A DNA stretch of 64,000 bases from Marsupella aquatica (GCA_973895155.1 OZ316896.1:5630066-5694065); one strand, 5' to 3'. Counted from the first letter of the stretch, positions 26,141-39,206 are shown. Notes: generated by a model from the sequence alone, not told the origin. A program made the numbers and translations.

Positions 26141-28295
26141 CAGTTTCTTCACTTGATTCCATAGCCTTTGAAGAAGTTCCGCGTTCAGTAGACTCAAGTC
26201 AAAAGTGATGCTCAGATTTCTCGTTAGATTTCTTGATCAAAAAGCTCTTGACCAATTAGGACTGTTGAGCATGGAGCTACGTGGAAGTGAGCCTTAGGAC
26301 TGATTGAAGCTAGGTTTTTCTTTCAGACAGTGGTGTCGATTTTTTCTTCAGACATTAGTGTCTTCAGCTTAATGGAAAATTAATATCATTTCTGAGACTA
26401 GGAAGAAAGCATTGAGGAGGAAGACGCCATAGAAATGATATTATCTCTCCAGGATCTTAGAATTTAGACAATGTCCTTAGTAAACTAATTCATCTCGACT
26501 TCAGGGTTGAGGATTTGGAGGCATTTCCAAAGTATCCCAGCTCAGCATTCTCAGGATTCAATTGGGCTGGCAAAACTAGTTTCACCCAAACCATACAAAT
26601 GAAGACTCCTGAGATATAAGAGCATCAGATATTTCAATTCTCAATTTGTCACCTGCCACGTTAGTATATTCACGAAATGCGTTTTGTTATTCACATAGTT
26701 TTCAAAAATTTCATAACTATATAATTATATTTTTGTTCATAATAGTCAATGTGTTTCGTGGATATACTGGCGTGGGCGAGTGACAAATTGCATCGCATAT
26801 AAACAATTTATGGATATGAAAAACAAAAATCATGAAATATCAAAACTTGGAAACAAGTATGAACCAAGTAAGTTGGAGCTAGAGGAGCGTGGAGGAGGGG
26901 CTGGAAACAAGGGAGGAGAACATCAACTGAGGCATGTTAAAATTGGCAGAGCTTTCAGATTCAGATACAAAAGATGATTTTGCTTTGACATAGGACAAGA
27001 GTCACTCCTCTATTGTGTCATGGGGTGGCATCAAGTTCAAATACCACATGTAAGCTTAAACCCAAATAGCAAGTGGTCCAATTTTATATGTTGATAAGTT
27101 GCAGGCCAATGGATTCCTTGCTAAGATTAATTCAATCCCTCTTTGGCGAGAAAGAGTAATAGTTGCAAGGCTCAAGAGATAGGGTTGGGCAGGGGTTGAG
27201 CAGCCAATCCCACACATTTTTCCTGTCCTTGTGATTGAAAGGCAAGCATGATAAATCCGAATTGGATGATTCAAAAGCAATATGAATTGCATTGGTAGAA
27301 AGCTAAGTTTGCTTGGGCTTCAATTCCAAGTAACTGGGCCACTCAACTGCATGGGGCACTCAGGTGAGGGAAAACAGTAACCCCCACCCCTTTTTTCCTT
27401 GTAGTTTAAGGGGAGGTTCCGGCCTCATAATCCCCAGCCAGCATCAGCAAGTCTCAAATTCTAAAAATGAGTTTCAAAATTTTATGTGAAAAAGAGTGTC
27501 CAATGTTAGGCTTGCTAACCCTTAGTCTGCTTGGAGTCCACCCCTCGGGTTACCCTACACAAAGTATGTAGCTATTGAATTGCCAGTGGGAAGCATTCCA
27601 AGATGAAACCATGTTTCAGGTGAAATCCTTACTAGGAATTCCCCACCCTCGCCCTATTTCAGATCTTGTGCAACAAAACCGTTCAAGAGGATGCAGTGCT
27701 TTGCAGTTAACCAAACGTGTCCCATACCGCCTTGATGTCCCTACAAGCCCGGTTTTCACTATCGGACAAGATGTGTCCTTGTCCGACACGACAAATGACA
27801 ACTTGTCCGTCCAAAAACTGTCTATTTGTCCAATAGTCCTTTATATTCCCCGGCCCGGACCAAACATGCAATTCCCGACCCCTCCCGGCCGAGCACCACA
27901 CTCTCCCGACCCTCCCGGCCTGGTCGAAACCAATTCCCGGCCCGGTCCTAAAATCCCCCGGCCCGGCCCGGCCGGGGTTTCGGGAAGGGGGCGGGGTCGG
28001 GAGGGACGGGGGAGGACGGGGTCGGGAGGGACAGGGCCGGGGCGGGGGGGGGAGAAGAGGGCGGTCGGGAGGGACGGGGCGGGGGGTCGGGAGGGGAGGG
28101 AGGTGGGGAGGGTGGTCGGGAGAGAGTGGGCCGGGGCGGGGGGGGAGGGAGGGAGGTGGGGAGGGACGGGGCCGAGGCGGGGGGTGGGAGGCCGGGGCAG
28201 GGGGCGGGGAGGGAGGCCGGGGGGAGGGGAGGGAGGCTTTGCAATTCTTCTTAGTTTTATTGTCTTATAATGATATGTCCTCCCTTAGTGAATTG

Positions 28296-28660
28296 TAATG
28301 GAGGAATATATAAGAATTCTTGTATGCGTGGGTCTGGAGCCTCGGCTCGGCTTGGGATATTTCATAAAAGAGTTCTATATATTACCTTAACAACTTGACG
28401 TCATTTATTTACTAAGCAAAAAAATTTCAAAGGATAGAGAAACCCATGTGCGTAGGCTTGGAGCCTTGGCTCAGTCTGTGATATTTCACATGTGTGTCAC
28501 GATTTTCCTGAAAATATTTTTGCTTTATAAAGAAATGATTGTTAAGTTATACATATTCTATAACTTAGGACGAAGTAGGGATGTAAGCAAGTATGAGAGA
28601 TCGGGAAACGATGGTGCGTAATCTTGGAATCTTGGCTCAGGTTGTGGTAATTCATCAAAG
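28296..28660 (+). repeat. Left arm of a ~350-bp internal inverted repeat (three ggagcctcggctcggcttgggatatttc-type units) upstream of the transposase
   Basis: Aligns by eye to the reverse complement of 35908-36254, including spacers such as gataga(g/a)aaacccatgt. Confidence 0.8.
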
Positions 28661-28729
28661 TGTCATCATTCCACTATCCCTAGGCATGGAGCAAATCATT
28701 CGCGAGAGCATGGTGCAAAATTTTCTACG

Positions 28730-31160
28730 ATGTGGAAATATTTCTAACAATGTGATGCGCCTTTAACATCTAATGATGTGAACCGTATCTATCGAAAATG
28801 CAAGTTTTGTAAAACATATAATATTTTTTATGCAACACGAGCCAAAGCACATTTGATGGGAAACATCATCAAAGGGAATGCACCAACATGCCTAGGCCTA
28901 TATGGTCATGTGGAGTTGGATGAAATCAACAGAATGTACAATGTAATCAAACTTCCATCAAACATCAACTACAAACGAAGGGATGGAACCCATATCTTGC
29001 GGGATGTAAGGGGTCACAAGCCAGAGATTGGAACTTCCAATTCACAAGCATCCACACGAGAGTCAAACCATTTTCAAATGGAGAATGAGTCAAATACGAC
29101 TTATATGGCTAGGGCGCGCATGAAGTCTTTCGAACCCGATTATGGATGCTTATCAAATTCCACATAGAACGTATTTGGACAAGCTTTGGGCAAACGATTT
29201 CTACACAAGTGGTATTGCATTCAATGTTCCACATAATCCTTATTTTTGAAAAGCAGTACATGAGACTTCAAAAGGTATTGTAAATGGGTATTCTCTTCCC
29301 ATTATGCGGAATTTGCGAGTGAAGTTGTTGGAGGAAGCCAAGGAAGATCTTACAAACAACATCACCAAAACCATGAAGGAAACAAAACCTTTTGGTTATT
29401 CGCTTTCATCAGATGGATGGGAAAACATCCGTATGGAACCTTTGATGAACGTGATGTTGTTGACTTCCAAAGGAGATTTTTTCATAGATGGTTGGAATGC
29501 TGCGCAAGCAGATAGAAAAGATGGAAAATATCTTGGAGAAATGTGGCTGCAATATATTGATGAAATTGCGCCAGAACACATTATACAAATAGTCACTGAT
29601 GGCACACCTGCAAATCGTGTAGCAGGTTGTGACATAGTGATGAAAAAATATCCACATGTCACTTGGAGTTGATGTGCTGCACGAGGTGCTACCCATGTGT
29701 TCAATTGTTGTTAGAAGATGTGTGCAATCATAAGAATGTAGTGCTAGATGAGAGCAGACAAAATCCATTCAAAAACATTTTTAAACGCTTGAGATGGATA
29801 GTAAAAGCAGTTTCATCATCCCAAAAGCTCTCCGCAATATTTGTGAGAAAATCTGCTTACAAAAAACTACTAAATCCATGCAACAAGATTTGCAACGAAT
29901 TTTCTCATGGCGCAAAAAGCATTGGAGCTAAGAGGAGCTCTGCAACAAATGGTCATTGATGATAAATGAGAGTCTTATCGTGATAGACTTCCTGTGCAAG
30001 CAAAGTCAAATGGGCACATGACAAGGGCCAAGGCAGAAGAACTCAAAGCGTGGATACAACAAGATAAATTTTGGGTTGATGTGAAGGCTACAATGAACTT
30101 TTTTCTTCCGTTGGTGAAGATGCTTTGCAAATTTGATGGTGCTTCACCCCAGTCAGCCCTCGAGTCAGCCTGGTTGTATTGGAGTTTGAAAAGAGGGATT
30201 AGTGATTTAAAGGCAAGCATGGAGGAATGTCCATTGGTAACAGAGTTCTTGAAGCCAAGGATATTAAAAGTGTACATGGATCGAAGAGAATCTCTTACCA
30301 CTGATTTTATGCTAGCTATAGCATATATCAATCCTCAAATGTTTTTTATGAAGACCTAGATATTATTGGAGATGGAGAAATGTGTTGAGGTTTCAATGAG
30401 TACATTGCCCGATGTGCAGAACACAAGGTAAAGGAAGGGATCAATCATGATCGTGAGGTTAATGCACTCATTTTTGCCATACAATTGCAAGCAATTGATG
30501 CGCAAAAGAAATTACCAAACATAACAGTAACCATGAGAGGAGCCCAATCAAGTATAGGTCAAGTAAGTCCAAGAGAGTGGTGACATTCATACGGTGCTGA
30601 TTATCCAGATTTAAGAGTTATGGCTAGAAAAATCTGTCACCAATAGATTGACAAATGATTGAGTAAAGAATTTAGTGTTTGTTTTCACAAACATGAGAGT
30701 GGAGAAAGGGCTTACAAAAGTAAGAAATCCCCATACGTTTATATATAAACGTTATGAGGAAAGAAGAGCAACAAATGACGGTGTTAGGTCATTATCCACT
30801 GAGAAGATTGACACTGAAGGGTATGATGCAACATGTGCCGCCCATGGACAAGAAGATGTCGAAGATTTTGATGCAATTGATGATGCATATGAAGCCTTGG
30901 AAGGATTATCATTACATAAAGAGGGTGACTTCTTGACTCGTCTTCCACCAGATACAGATGTAAGTGATGCAGGTGATTGGGAGAATGAAATGGATTTTGA
31001 GATGTATCATACAATTGACGAGTTGCAAATTGAAGATGAAGATCATGCATCATTGTATTCAGATTTTGCAACACCTTCCCAACCAAAGGCATCTTGGGTT
31101 TATCCATCATTGAACGTCCACAATGATGTCGACCCAAACAGATCATATTTTATTCAATAA
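28730..31160 (+). pseudogene. hAT transposase (BED finger, DUF659-type DDE core, C-terminal dimerisation region), disrupted
   Basis: WKYF...CKFC...RAKAHL...C (BED); LSSDGWENI..PLMNVML; IIQIVTDG; KKYPHVTWS*CAA; PREW*HSYGADYPDLRVMARKI; LVFVFTNMR. Several stops, frameshifts and an internal deletion. Confidence 0.9.
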
Positions 31161-32269
31161 TGCACTACCATACAAGGGCATCATTCAGAGAGATCAGCTA
31201 TTTTTCAACAACCATATAATGTTCAAGGTACATCTTTGGACAACACACGTGCACCATGGGAACAAGCTGCTACAATCTTCAATGAGTATGGAGGTCAGAG
31301 TGTGACGAATCCATATACATCGAACAATCCTATTGATAGTGAATTTCAAACAACATCATCATTTCAATAAGCTCAGAGGAATGCTCATACGCAAAATCAC
31401 GACCCAATTGCATGGGCTGCAGAGGAAGAGTGGAATCAAGCTTTGCAACAAAATCACAACAAAAATACTAGGAATTTTCTTTCACAGCCTTGAGAAATGT
31501 TGTCATTACTATATTAACATGCTTTGTTACTATTGTATTGTCTTTACTGACAATAACAATGTTATCATATGTTTTTTTGTCATGAATATAAGTTTTTGAG
31601 TTTTATAAGTGTCACGATTCGCAAAATAATGTTTCACGACCAGGTATTTGTATCCATTTTTCAAATCTACCTTGTGTCTAGTTTAAACTTTATGCCTCAT
31701 AGGATTTGTGTAAATATGTTTAGGTAGTTATACTACAAAATGGGCTAAATCATCTATAGTGTAAAATACACAAACACATCACACGAGCTCGGCCAAAATG
31801 CGACTCCATGGCAAGGGATATATGATGTCACTACAATATTTCTTTACCAATTACACTTGAAAACAATTGTCCAAGATGATTTTGCAGGTGCTAGCAAAAA
31901 AAGTCTCTAATAGTAACTACATCAAAATCACATCAAAATCTAGAGACTATTGCTTTCATATCTTTTTTCTAGTTGATGTCAATAGCTTCTGCTTTCACTT
32001 TTGCCTCCTGTTGACATCGTCAATGACGACGAATAGATCGTTGCATATTTTGTTTGTCTATTGATGGCTGGTTGGCTGTAGCATATTCTTTCTATTCATT
32101 AATCGACCACTAAGAAGCAACCTGTCAAATTCGTCATCTAACAAATTATACTCATTGATTGTGAACTATTCAATGGGAGTGGAGAATCTATTTGTGTCAT
32201 CGCTACACTCTCTTGTGTCATTTCTTAAGTGTCTTCATTGTTGTGTCTCCATTGATGACATTTGGTCCA

Positions 32270-33932
32270 ACAATCCTCGTTGCCAATATTCACGTTCATG
32301 AAATGGTGTGACACCAACATTTCCTCTCTTCTTCAACCATTTAAACAAACAAGCATGATGTCATATATGTCCACAAGTTCCCAACATGGAAACAGATTCA
32401 GGCCCCATGGATATAGGCACCAAGTACACTTGTCATCTTTTTCACGAACAAATGCTGTCATAGTTTCATCATTCTTTCACTTATCAAAATATTTATCAAT
32501 ACCTTCTGCACTAGCCTCCACAATCTAGAAAAAGGGTGTTGTATCATGTAGAATCAATAATCTGCATTTGAACAAAATCTTCTGATGTTCTTTTTTTACC
32601 CACATCCCAAATCACCATTGTTGAAATTGGTAATCTCCTCGTGCAAATTTGTTATGATGAGTTGTTGAGATGCAAGCTCATTTTAAGGATGATGATTTTT
32701 TTCTTCTTTTTAAGTTCTAGCACTTGATTAGATTGACCTTCTCTGTTGGCAAGTTGTTGAGTCAACTTCTTGATTTCTTCCATCTTGTCAAATAATTGAA
32801 CCTTGTACATAATCACCTCAGAATTGGTCGCCGATTCCATAAGCCTCTTCTCTAGTGATCGTATCTTCAAATTAGCCTCTTGTAGTTTTGCCTTGTATCT
32901 TTTCATGCTGCCAGATTCACAAAGCTCAACAACATACTTTGTGCGAAGATTCTTCTCAAGCAAATCACCAATCTCTGCTCCCAAGCTCTTGCATACATGT
33001 TGCATGCTGAGCCTCTTCTTGTTAGGAGGTTTGATGTTGATTACATGAGGAGTTATGCTTCCAACCCCTGAAATATTTGGTCTTTTGTTGATGGTAGACT
33101 CCACATTGCTTGGTGTGGTTGCTGGCTCAGGCTTCACAAGGAATTGCAAAATAAGTGTCGGTTTCTCCCTTTGGTTGTGTATTCACCTTTTGCACCTCAT
33201 CCATTTTTCTTTTGCACCCCTTGTTAGAGGTCATGATTGGAACATCTTTCTTTGCACTTTTGCCTCTGTTGTTGTAATAGCATGCACTGATTTATGCACA
33301 TAATGGGTCACCATGTTGCCATCGTTGTTTTCCCAATGGTAATCCACCTTCCATTTTAGAATGAACTCGACAATCAAATATCAAAGAAAAGGAGGATAAG
33401 AAGAACTAACTTTCCCGTTTACCTTATTTGGAGCATATTCCCAAAATCTTTGTTGCCAATGCGTGGTGGCATCTCGACGTGTTAGCCTTGACATGGTAAA
33501 TTTGTCCTGTAACCACGATTTTATTGTCCATATTTTTGGATCGTCAAAAAGCTTTTTCACAAATTTGCCAAACTCTGCTTTGGGCATCAAAATCTCTAAT
33601 TCTTTAGCGTTGATTGGCCATTCATCATGAGGAGGTTTCATGTTTTCTGTTGTGATGTTCCATTCCAAATCGACACTTTCATCCTCCAACTTAGTTGGAT
33701 TTGGCAAGGGGTTCTTGTCGCCCGTACCAATGTCACAAGTATTGGGTTCAGACTCATCTTCCAACCCATTTGTTGGAGATAGCGAGTTTCCATGAATATC
33801 ATGGTCAAAGTGATCGTAATAAGCATCTTGAGCGTCTTGCATGTATAAATGATCATATTTCTCTTTTGGAACTTTTTCATCATCATCAGAATCCAAATTC
33901 CATTTTGTCATGTTTGCAAGATCTATAAACAT
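32270..33932 (-). pseudogene. Cargo gene: acidic N-terminus, coiled-coil and C-terminal RING-H2-like finger, disrupted
   Basis: ORFs 33381-33932 and 32652-33149 (heptad-rich KAKLQEANLKIRSLEKRL). Manual translation of ~32430-32310 with one frameshift gives DDKCTWCLYPWG/PESVSMLGTCGHI*HHACLFKWLKKRG. Confidence 0.6.
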
Positions 33933-34078
33933 ACAAATATATTTAGAAAAAATTCAAATATTCATGAAATGACATGGCATAATAATATGAACAAATAAGA
34001 TATCACTTTATAACAACCATGTGATTGTTTGTGACTTCATGACTTCATGTAGTAATTAGAGGGCCAAGTTTCACATGT

Positions 34079-35767
34079 CTAATCTCTAAGATAAGGACTA
34101 TTTTTGGCAAATAGTTTACAATCTGGGAATGTCCGAACCATCTTCAAACTCCAAAAGGCACAATCTTGCATTTTCTTCACCTCGGTGGCCATCATATCAC
34201 AAACCATTTCTTCCAATTTAGGATCATGCTCCAAGGCATTCCAACCCCTACCCAACCACCGTGTCCTCATAAACGCTCCATCCCAATTCTCTAAAAATAG
34301 ACTCTCAAAAATGTTGCCCAAAACATATATATCAATTGCAGCATTATACTCTATTAAGATGGGCGAACCAAGCTCTGGAGTCAATTGTGAATATTGTTTT
34401 TGATAGGCTACAACTTTATCTATAGGAGTATACCACATTTGATTCTTTGGTAGTTTGCATTGTTACTTATGTTTGGACAAGTCAAAATCATATAAGCCAA
34501 CATACACCTTGATGGCTACATCCTCCTCATAGTCAAAATGTAGAAGAATATTTTCAAAGTGAAGATCACAATGGAATCGGTTGTGGTCATGCAAATATTG
34601 CAACTTCTCAAGCAGTGCCAACACAATTCCCAATCGGTTCTCCAGAAAGAGTTTCTTTTCATAAACAAACTTGAAATCAATGTTGGAGAAACCTTGTGAT
34701 TTCCCTTTGCTATTTGACCAGAATCCGCATCTATCTATGAAGCTTCCCGAATCACCTCCATTATACTGATCATACACAAGTCTTGGTGGATCATCAATCG
34801 TCATTGCCAAAGCCCCAACAATTCTCTTATGATTTAGTCCTTCCATAAGCATTTCTTGTAATGCATCTGTTCCTCTCTTCTGCTTATTTCTTTTTTTGAA
34901 TTTTTTTGCCACTAGTGTGACATTCATCGGAATAAGTGGACAATCTAATACGTGACAAGTGTACACCTCCCCTTGCACGCCTTTTCCGATGGGATTAGCA
35001 TTTTGCACCTGCTCAGGCTTCAAGAAATGGATACTCCTCACATCCGAAAGTACACGTGATGGACATCTTTCTTTTGCATCACTTTTGATACTCACATCCC
35101 CAAACTGCATCACCTTGTTTACATATTTCATGTTGCTTTCTGCTTTTGTCATTGCCAACTCTTTACTCTAAGTTGATAACAAGTCCCTCTTGTGCTTATA
35201 CATCCCAGGATTTTCAAGCATTGTAGTATCACCCAAGCTCAATTTTGCCACCATCAAATCTCAAATAATAAACTCCAAATTCACTGCCAAATTGTCAATA
35301 AATCCAGCTGGTTTCTCCCACTCAACTACAAATGCGTCATTATGCTCTCGTGTGAAACTATCTTCATCCTCTACACTTTCACACATATAACAAGTGATCT
35401 CATTCACAAACTTCTTGTATCCTTTCAGACCGTGCTTTGTAAAATCTATCTCAAATGCATTCTCCTCATATTGCTTTGGTTGAGTGTAACGATGTAGTAC
35501 TCCTTTCCAGATCGCCACTACTGCATTAAATCGGACTTGTTTGACCTCAACATTCTTCCCTCTTCGTTTCCTCTTCCCAGTCACTTTGCCAGTAGTTGGT
35601 TTATACTCAAGAGTGTTTCGTGTATTCCTAAGTGCTTGGAGGGCCACATGATCCGGTTCAGCCCCCTCATCAAGAACTGTAGTGATTGTTTCCAGCAATA
35701 GCCTGTATTCTACACGACTAGTCGAGTCCATTGTGGCTTCACCGGAATGGTCCATCACCTTACCCAC
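34079..35767 (-). pseudogene. Cargo gene: protein kinase with an N-terminal extension (~560 codons, 3 in-frame stops)
   Basis: ORFs 35261-35767, 34463-35158 and 34079-34438 share one frame. Kinase motifs: IGKGVQGEVY, VAKK, E-helix/LNHKRIV, LQYLH, HCDLHFENILL, DFD (DFG), TPE (APE), DIYVLG. Confidence 0.88.
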
Positions 35768-35907
35768 TCAATGAACTGCCCACAAACACCCTGAGAATCA
35801 CGGATTGACGTGATTGTTATGCACTACATCTTTCATTTTTGTCTTTTATTGCAATTCATTTTTATTAATGTTTTGAATGTCACAACGGTAAAAGAAGGGA
35901 GAACATA

Positions 35908-36254
35908 TTTGTGAATTATCCCATGCCGAGCCTAAGCTCCAAGCACGTGCACAAAAGTTTTTTTTTTTCAAAGTTACGACATTCCTACTTGGATCTATGT
36001 GATATCTATAATTTAATAATCATTTGCCAATTGAGTGAAAATAATTTCGAAGAATTGTGATATCCATGTAAAATATCACATGCCGAGACAAAGCTCCAAG
36101 CTTGCATACATGGGTTTTTCTATCTCCATAAATATTTTGCTCATTTGAAAATAATGATAAAGGTGATATGAAAAGACTCCTAATACGAAATATCCCATGC
36201 CGAGCCGAAGCTCCAAACACAAGCGCACAGGAATCTTTTTATATCCCTCCATTA
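35908..36254 (-). repeat. Right arm of the internal inverted repeat, upstream of the kinase gene
   Basis: Three atc(c/a)catgccgag...agctccaa units at about 35915, 36070 and 36190, reverse-complementary to the units at about 28335, 28455 and 28625. Confidence 0.8.
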
Positions 36255-37856
36255 ATCTAAATTTTATTTTTTTATGGTTTAGGGCACAAACTCAATTTAG
36301 GGTTTGGATTTAGGGCACAAACAAAATTTAGGGGTTTAGGTTTAGGGCATAAACAAAACATAAATATATACACTATACAAACAAAGTACATACAATTCTA
36401 AAATAATATTCATACATACAGAGATAAGTAATCTCATCAGTTATCAGTCACTTTCATCAGTGTACCTGATATCAGCTGCCACCTCATCTCAGAGAGGCCA
36501 CCAAGTTGCGATGCAAAAAAGAAAAAAATGAAGAAAAAAAATTCTTGAATTTTTCTTCAAAATTTGAAGGAAAACTTTTTTTTTCAAAATTTTTTTGCCA
36601 TGAGGCGTCCGTACCGTACGGACACATATCTCGGCGAGCCCAACATTTTAAAAAAAAAATTTGGGAAAATTTTTGGTTTTTTTTTTCCACGTTTTTTTCA
36701 GTCCGTACGCCCCATCTCGGCGAGGCTAGCTGAGATGGAGAAAAAATTTTCAAATTTTTTTTTCAAATTTTTTTTTCAGGAAATTCTTTTTGGTTTTTTA
36801 TTTTTTATTTGTTTTCGGTCCGTACGCCCATCTCGGCGAGGTCAGCCGAGATTGAATCAACCTCGGCTACCCAGCTGAGATGAGCGGAAGTTCGAAGGCC
36901 CCATCTCAACTCCTCAGCTGAGATTCTATAATATATCAGCGACTGATATCAGTTATCAACCACTGATAACTGATGATGTTGTGTATCCCATATGTACATT
37001 CCAAAATAATATTCATACATACATTCCAAAATTACATTCATACATACATTCAAAACAATATACATACATATATACATTCAAAATAAAACTTAAATCAAAA
37101 CATAAATCAAAACATACACCATAACATAAATCAAAACATAAAACACAAAACAAACTTACCTCTATACACCTTTGAACCTTCCCTCCCTCTCCTTGCTTCA
37201 CTCTTGGCCTCCACAAAGCACAATGAGCCCTCCCTCTTCCTCTCCCCCCTTTTATGCTCCCGGCTCGACCCCTCCCTGCTCTCGCTCGCTCCCGGCTCCC
37301 GGCTCCCGAACCCTAATCCTCCCGAATCCGCTCGCCCAAAAACCCTAAATCCAGACCCAGCCGACAGCCCGGCCTGGTTCGCCCGCCATTCCCGGCCCGG
37401 CCCGGTCCATTTCCTCTCCCCCCCTCCCCACCCTTCCCAGCCTGGGCTCACTTCCTCTCCCCCCCCCCCTCCCCACCCTTCCTCCCCACCCTTCCCGGCC
37501 CGGACCGGGGCTCATTTCCTCTCTCCCCCCTCCCCCTTCCCAGGCTCCTCCATTCCCGGCCCTCTATCACATCCCGGCCCGGCTCTACTTTCTCCCGGCC
37601 CAACCTCGTCACCAGCCGGTATCGGCCGGGATGACATATGTCATCTGTCGTCCCAAATACTCCTATTTGTCCGACAAGTCCAAACCGGGCCTACAAGCCT
37701 ATTTTTTAAGTTTTGTTTTTTTCCATCGAGTGGAAAATATCACCTAGTGTGAAGCATTTCTAAAAATATTCTTTACATAATGTGTTTAGTCTAATTCTTT
37801 ATCATAGATCTCATTAGATTTAAGGAGAACAGTCAGATTCTGGCAAATTAGGTCCC

Positions 37857-38230
37857 AAAAGATGGGTACCTCATCAGGTTTTTTTCTCTGATAAAATGCA
37901 CAGCAAGTGGATATTATCCTGTAGCCATGATGATTTGGAGATATACGTTGACAAATGTAACAGATGTATTTTTTTTCTCTGATAAAATGCACAGCAAGTG
38001 GATATTATCCTGTAGCCATGATAATTTGGAGATATACGTTGACAAATGTAACAGATGGAAGCTCAACAAGTGGAAGGCACGGAGAAATTGGGTAGCAAAA
38101 GATGGGTACCTCATCAGGTTTTTTTCTCTGATAAAATGCACAGCAAGTGGAAATCCTTTTCCTGTAGCCATGATGATTTGGAGATATAAGTTGACAAAAC
38201 TAACAGATGGAAGCTCAACAAGTGGAAGGC
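37857..38230. repeat. Three near-identical copies of an ~85-110-bp unit
   Basis: ttttctctgataaaatgcacagcaagtgga...cctgtagccatgat(g/a)atttggagatata..ttgacaaa..taacagatg at about 37880, 37970 and 38120. Confidence 0.88.
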
Positions 38231-38862
38231 ATGGAGTGGACAAGTGTCAAGGGGCATGGGCTCTCGCCAGCTCTAGCTATGATGATATGAAAAAGGACCT
38301 TGAAAAAGCACATCCACGCAAAAATACCTTGTTCACACCAACTTAATACTAGGAAAAAGGACGAATTTACCGAAAAGGGCCAAACATACAACAAAGTAAA
38401 AGCAATTTATGGACAAACACCAAACTCATTTAAAGAGGTAGGGCGGGGCCAGAGACGACCAAGACCAAACTCAATTTAGTGGTTTTCCCAACTGAGTCCC
38501 AATGGCCAATGCTCAACAGACCTGTTACTTGTTAACGTCTGAAACGTCTTAGTGTGACTCGATGCTAATGTTTGCTGGTTCCTATATTTTTTTCAAATCA
38601 CGTGAAGGGAAACCATGCCTGGAAACTCATTACATTGAAGCTGCTATAATGGTGAATGCACATTTCAGATTTTGTCTTATTCCAATTTTTGTGTCATGTA
38701 TTTTCATTTCAATCTGCCTTATCAAGGGGCAGCCTTTGTATTCTATACATTTTTAATTAATTTTTAGACCCCTTTAGTTTTAGGTATTTTAGAGTGTTTT
38801 GAACTTATTTTGGCAGTCCCCTTTCATAGTATGTGTTTTCTTAGAGAAGAAACCAAAGGCTC

Positions 38863-39206
38863 TGTTGAGCATAGACGACAATCGCAACGGCAAGCCCATG
38901 AACCATCCAATGCACAAGAGTCGACACAGAGAGATACGTGGTTCACCTCCTTATGAGGCTACGTCCACGGGAACACACGAGAGCTTTACTGCACTCTAGG
39001 CTGATCGCCATTCCAAGCATCCACAACGAAAGCTCTCTCTATCTCTCAACTAGCTCCGTAACAATGAGCATGAGTTCCCCCTCACCAAGCAAACACCGCT
39101 TGGTTATAGAGTGTGCACAACATGACTAACCTAACCAAGTCTACGACTAAGGTTAGCCTTAACTACGGTACAGTCGTAACTCTAGACCTAAGAGTAAATC
39201 CTAACA
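38863..39206 (-). repeat. 3' LTR of copia A (344 bp)
   Basis: About 8 substitutions and 1 indel relative to 45266-45610 by manual comparison. The PPT (minus strand gtcaagggggatat) is adjacent at 39207-39220. Confidence 0.96.

Larger units (their letters stand above)
27748..37689 (+). mobile_element. hAT-superfamily DNA transposon (9.9 kb) with cargo genes
   Basis: Perfect 8-bp TSD CCTACAAG (27740-27747, 37690-37697). Imperfect TIRs: CCCGGTTTtcACTaTCGGACAA (left) and CCCGGTTTggACTtgTCGGACAA (reverse complement of the right end). An hAT transposase lies inside. Confidence 0.9.

Noticed and set aside
27575-28270. G/R/P-rich ORFs here and at 37204-37752
   Set aside because: They are stop-poor GC-rich subterminal tracts, and the ORFs cross the transposon boundary.
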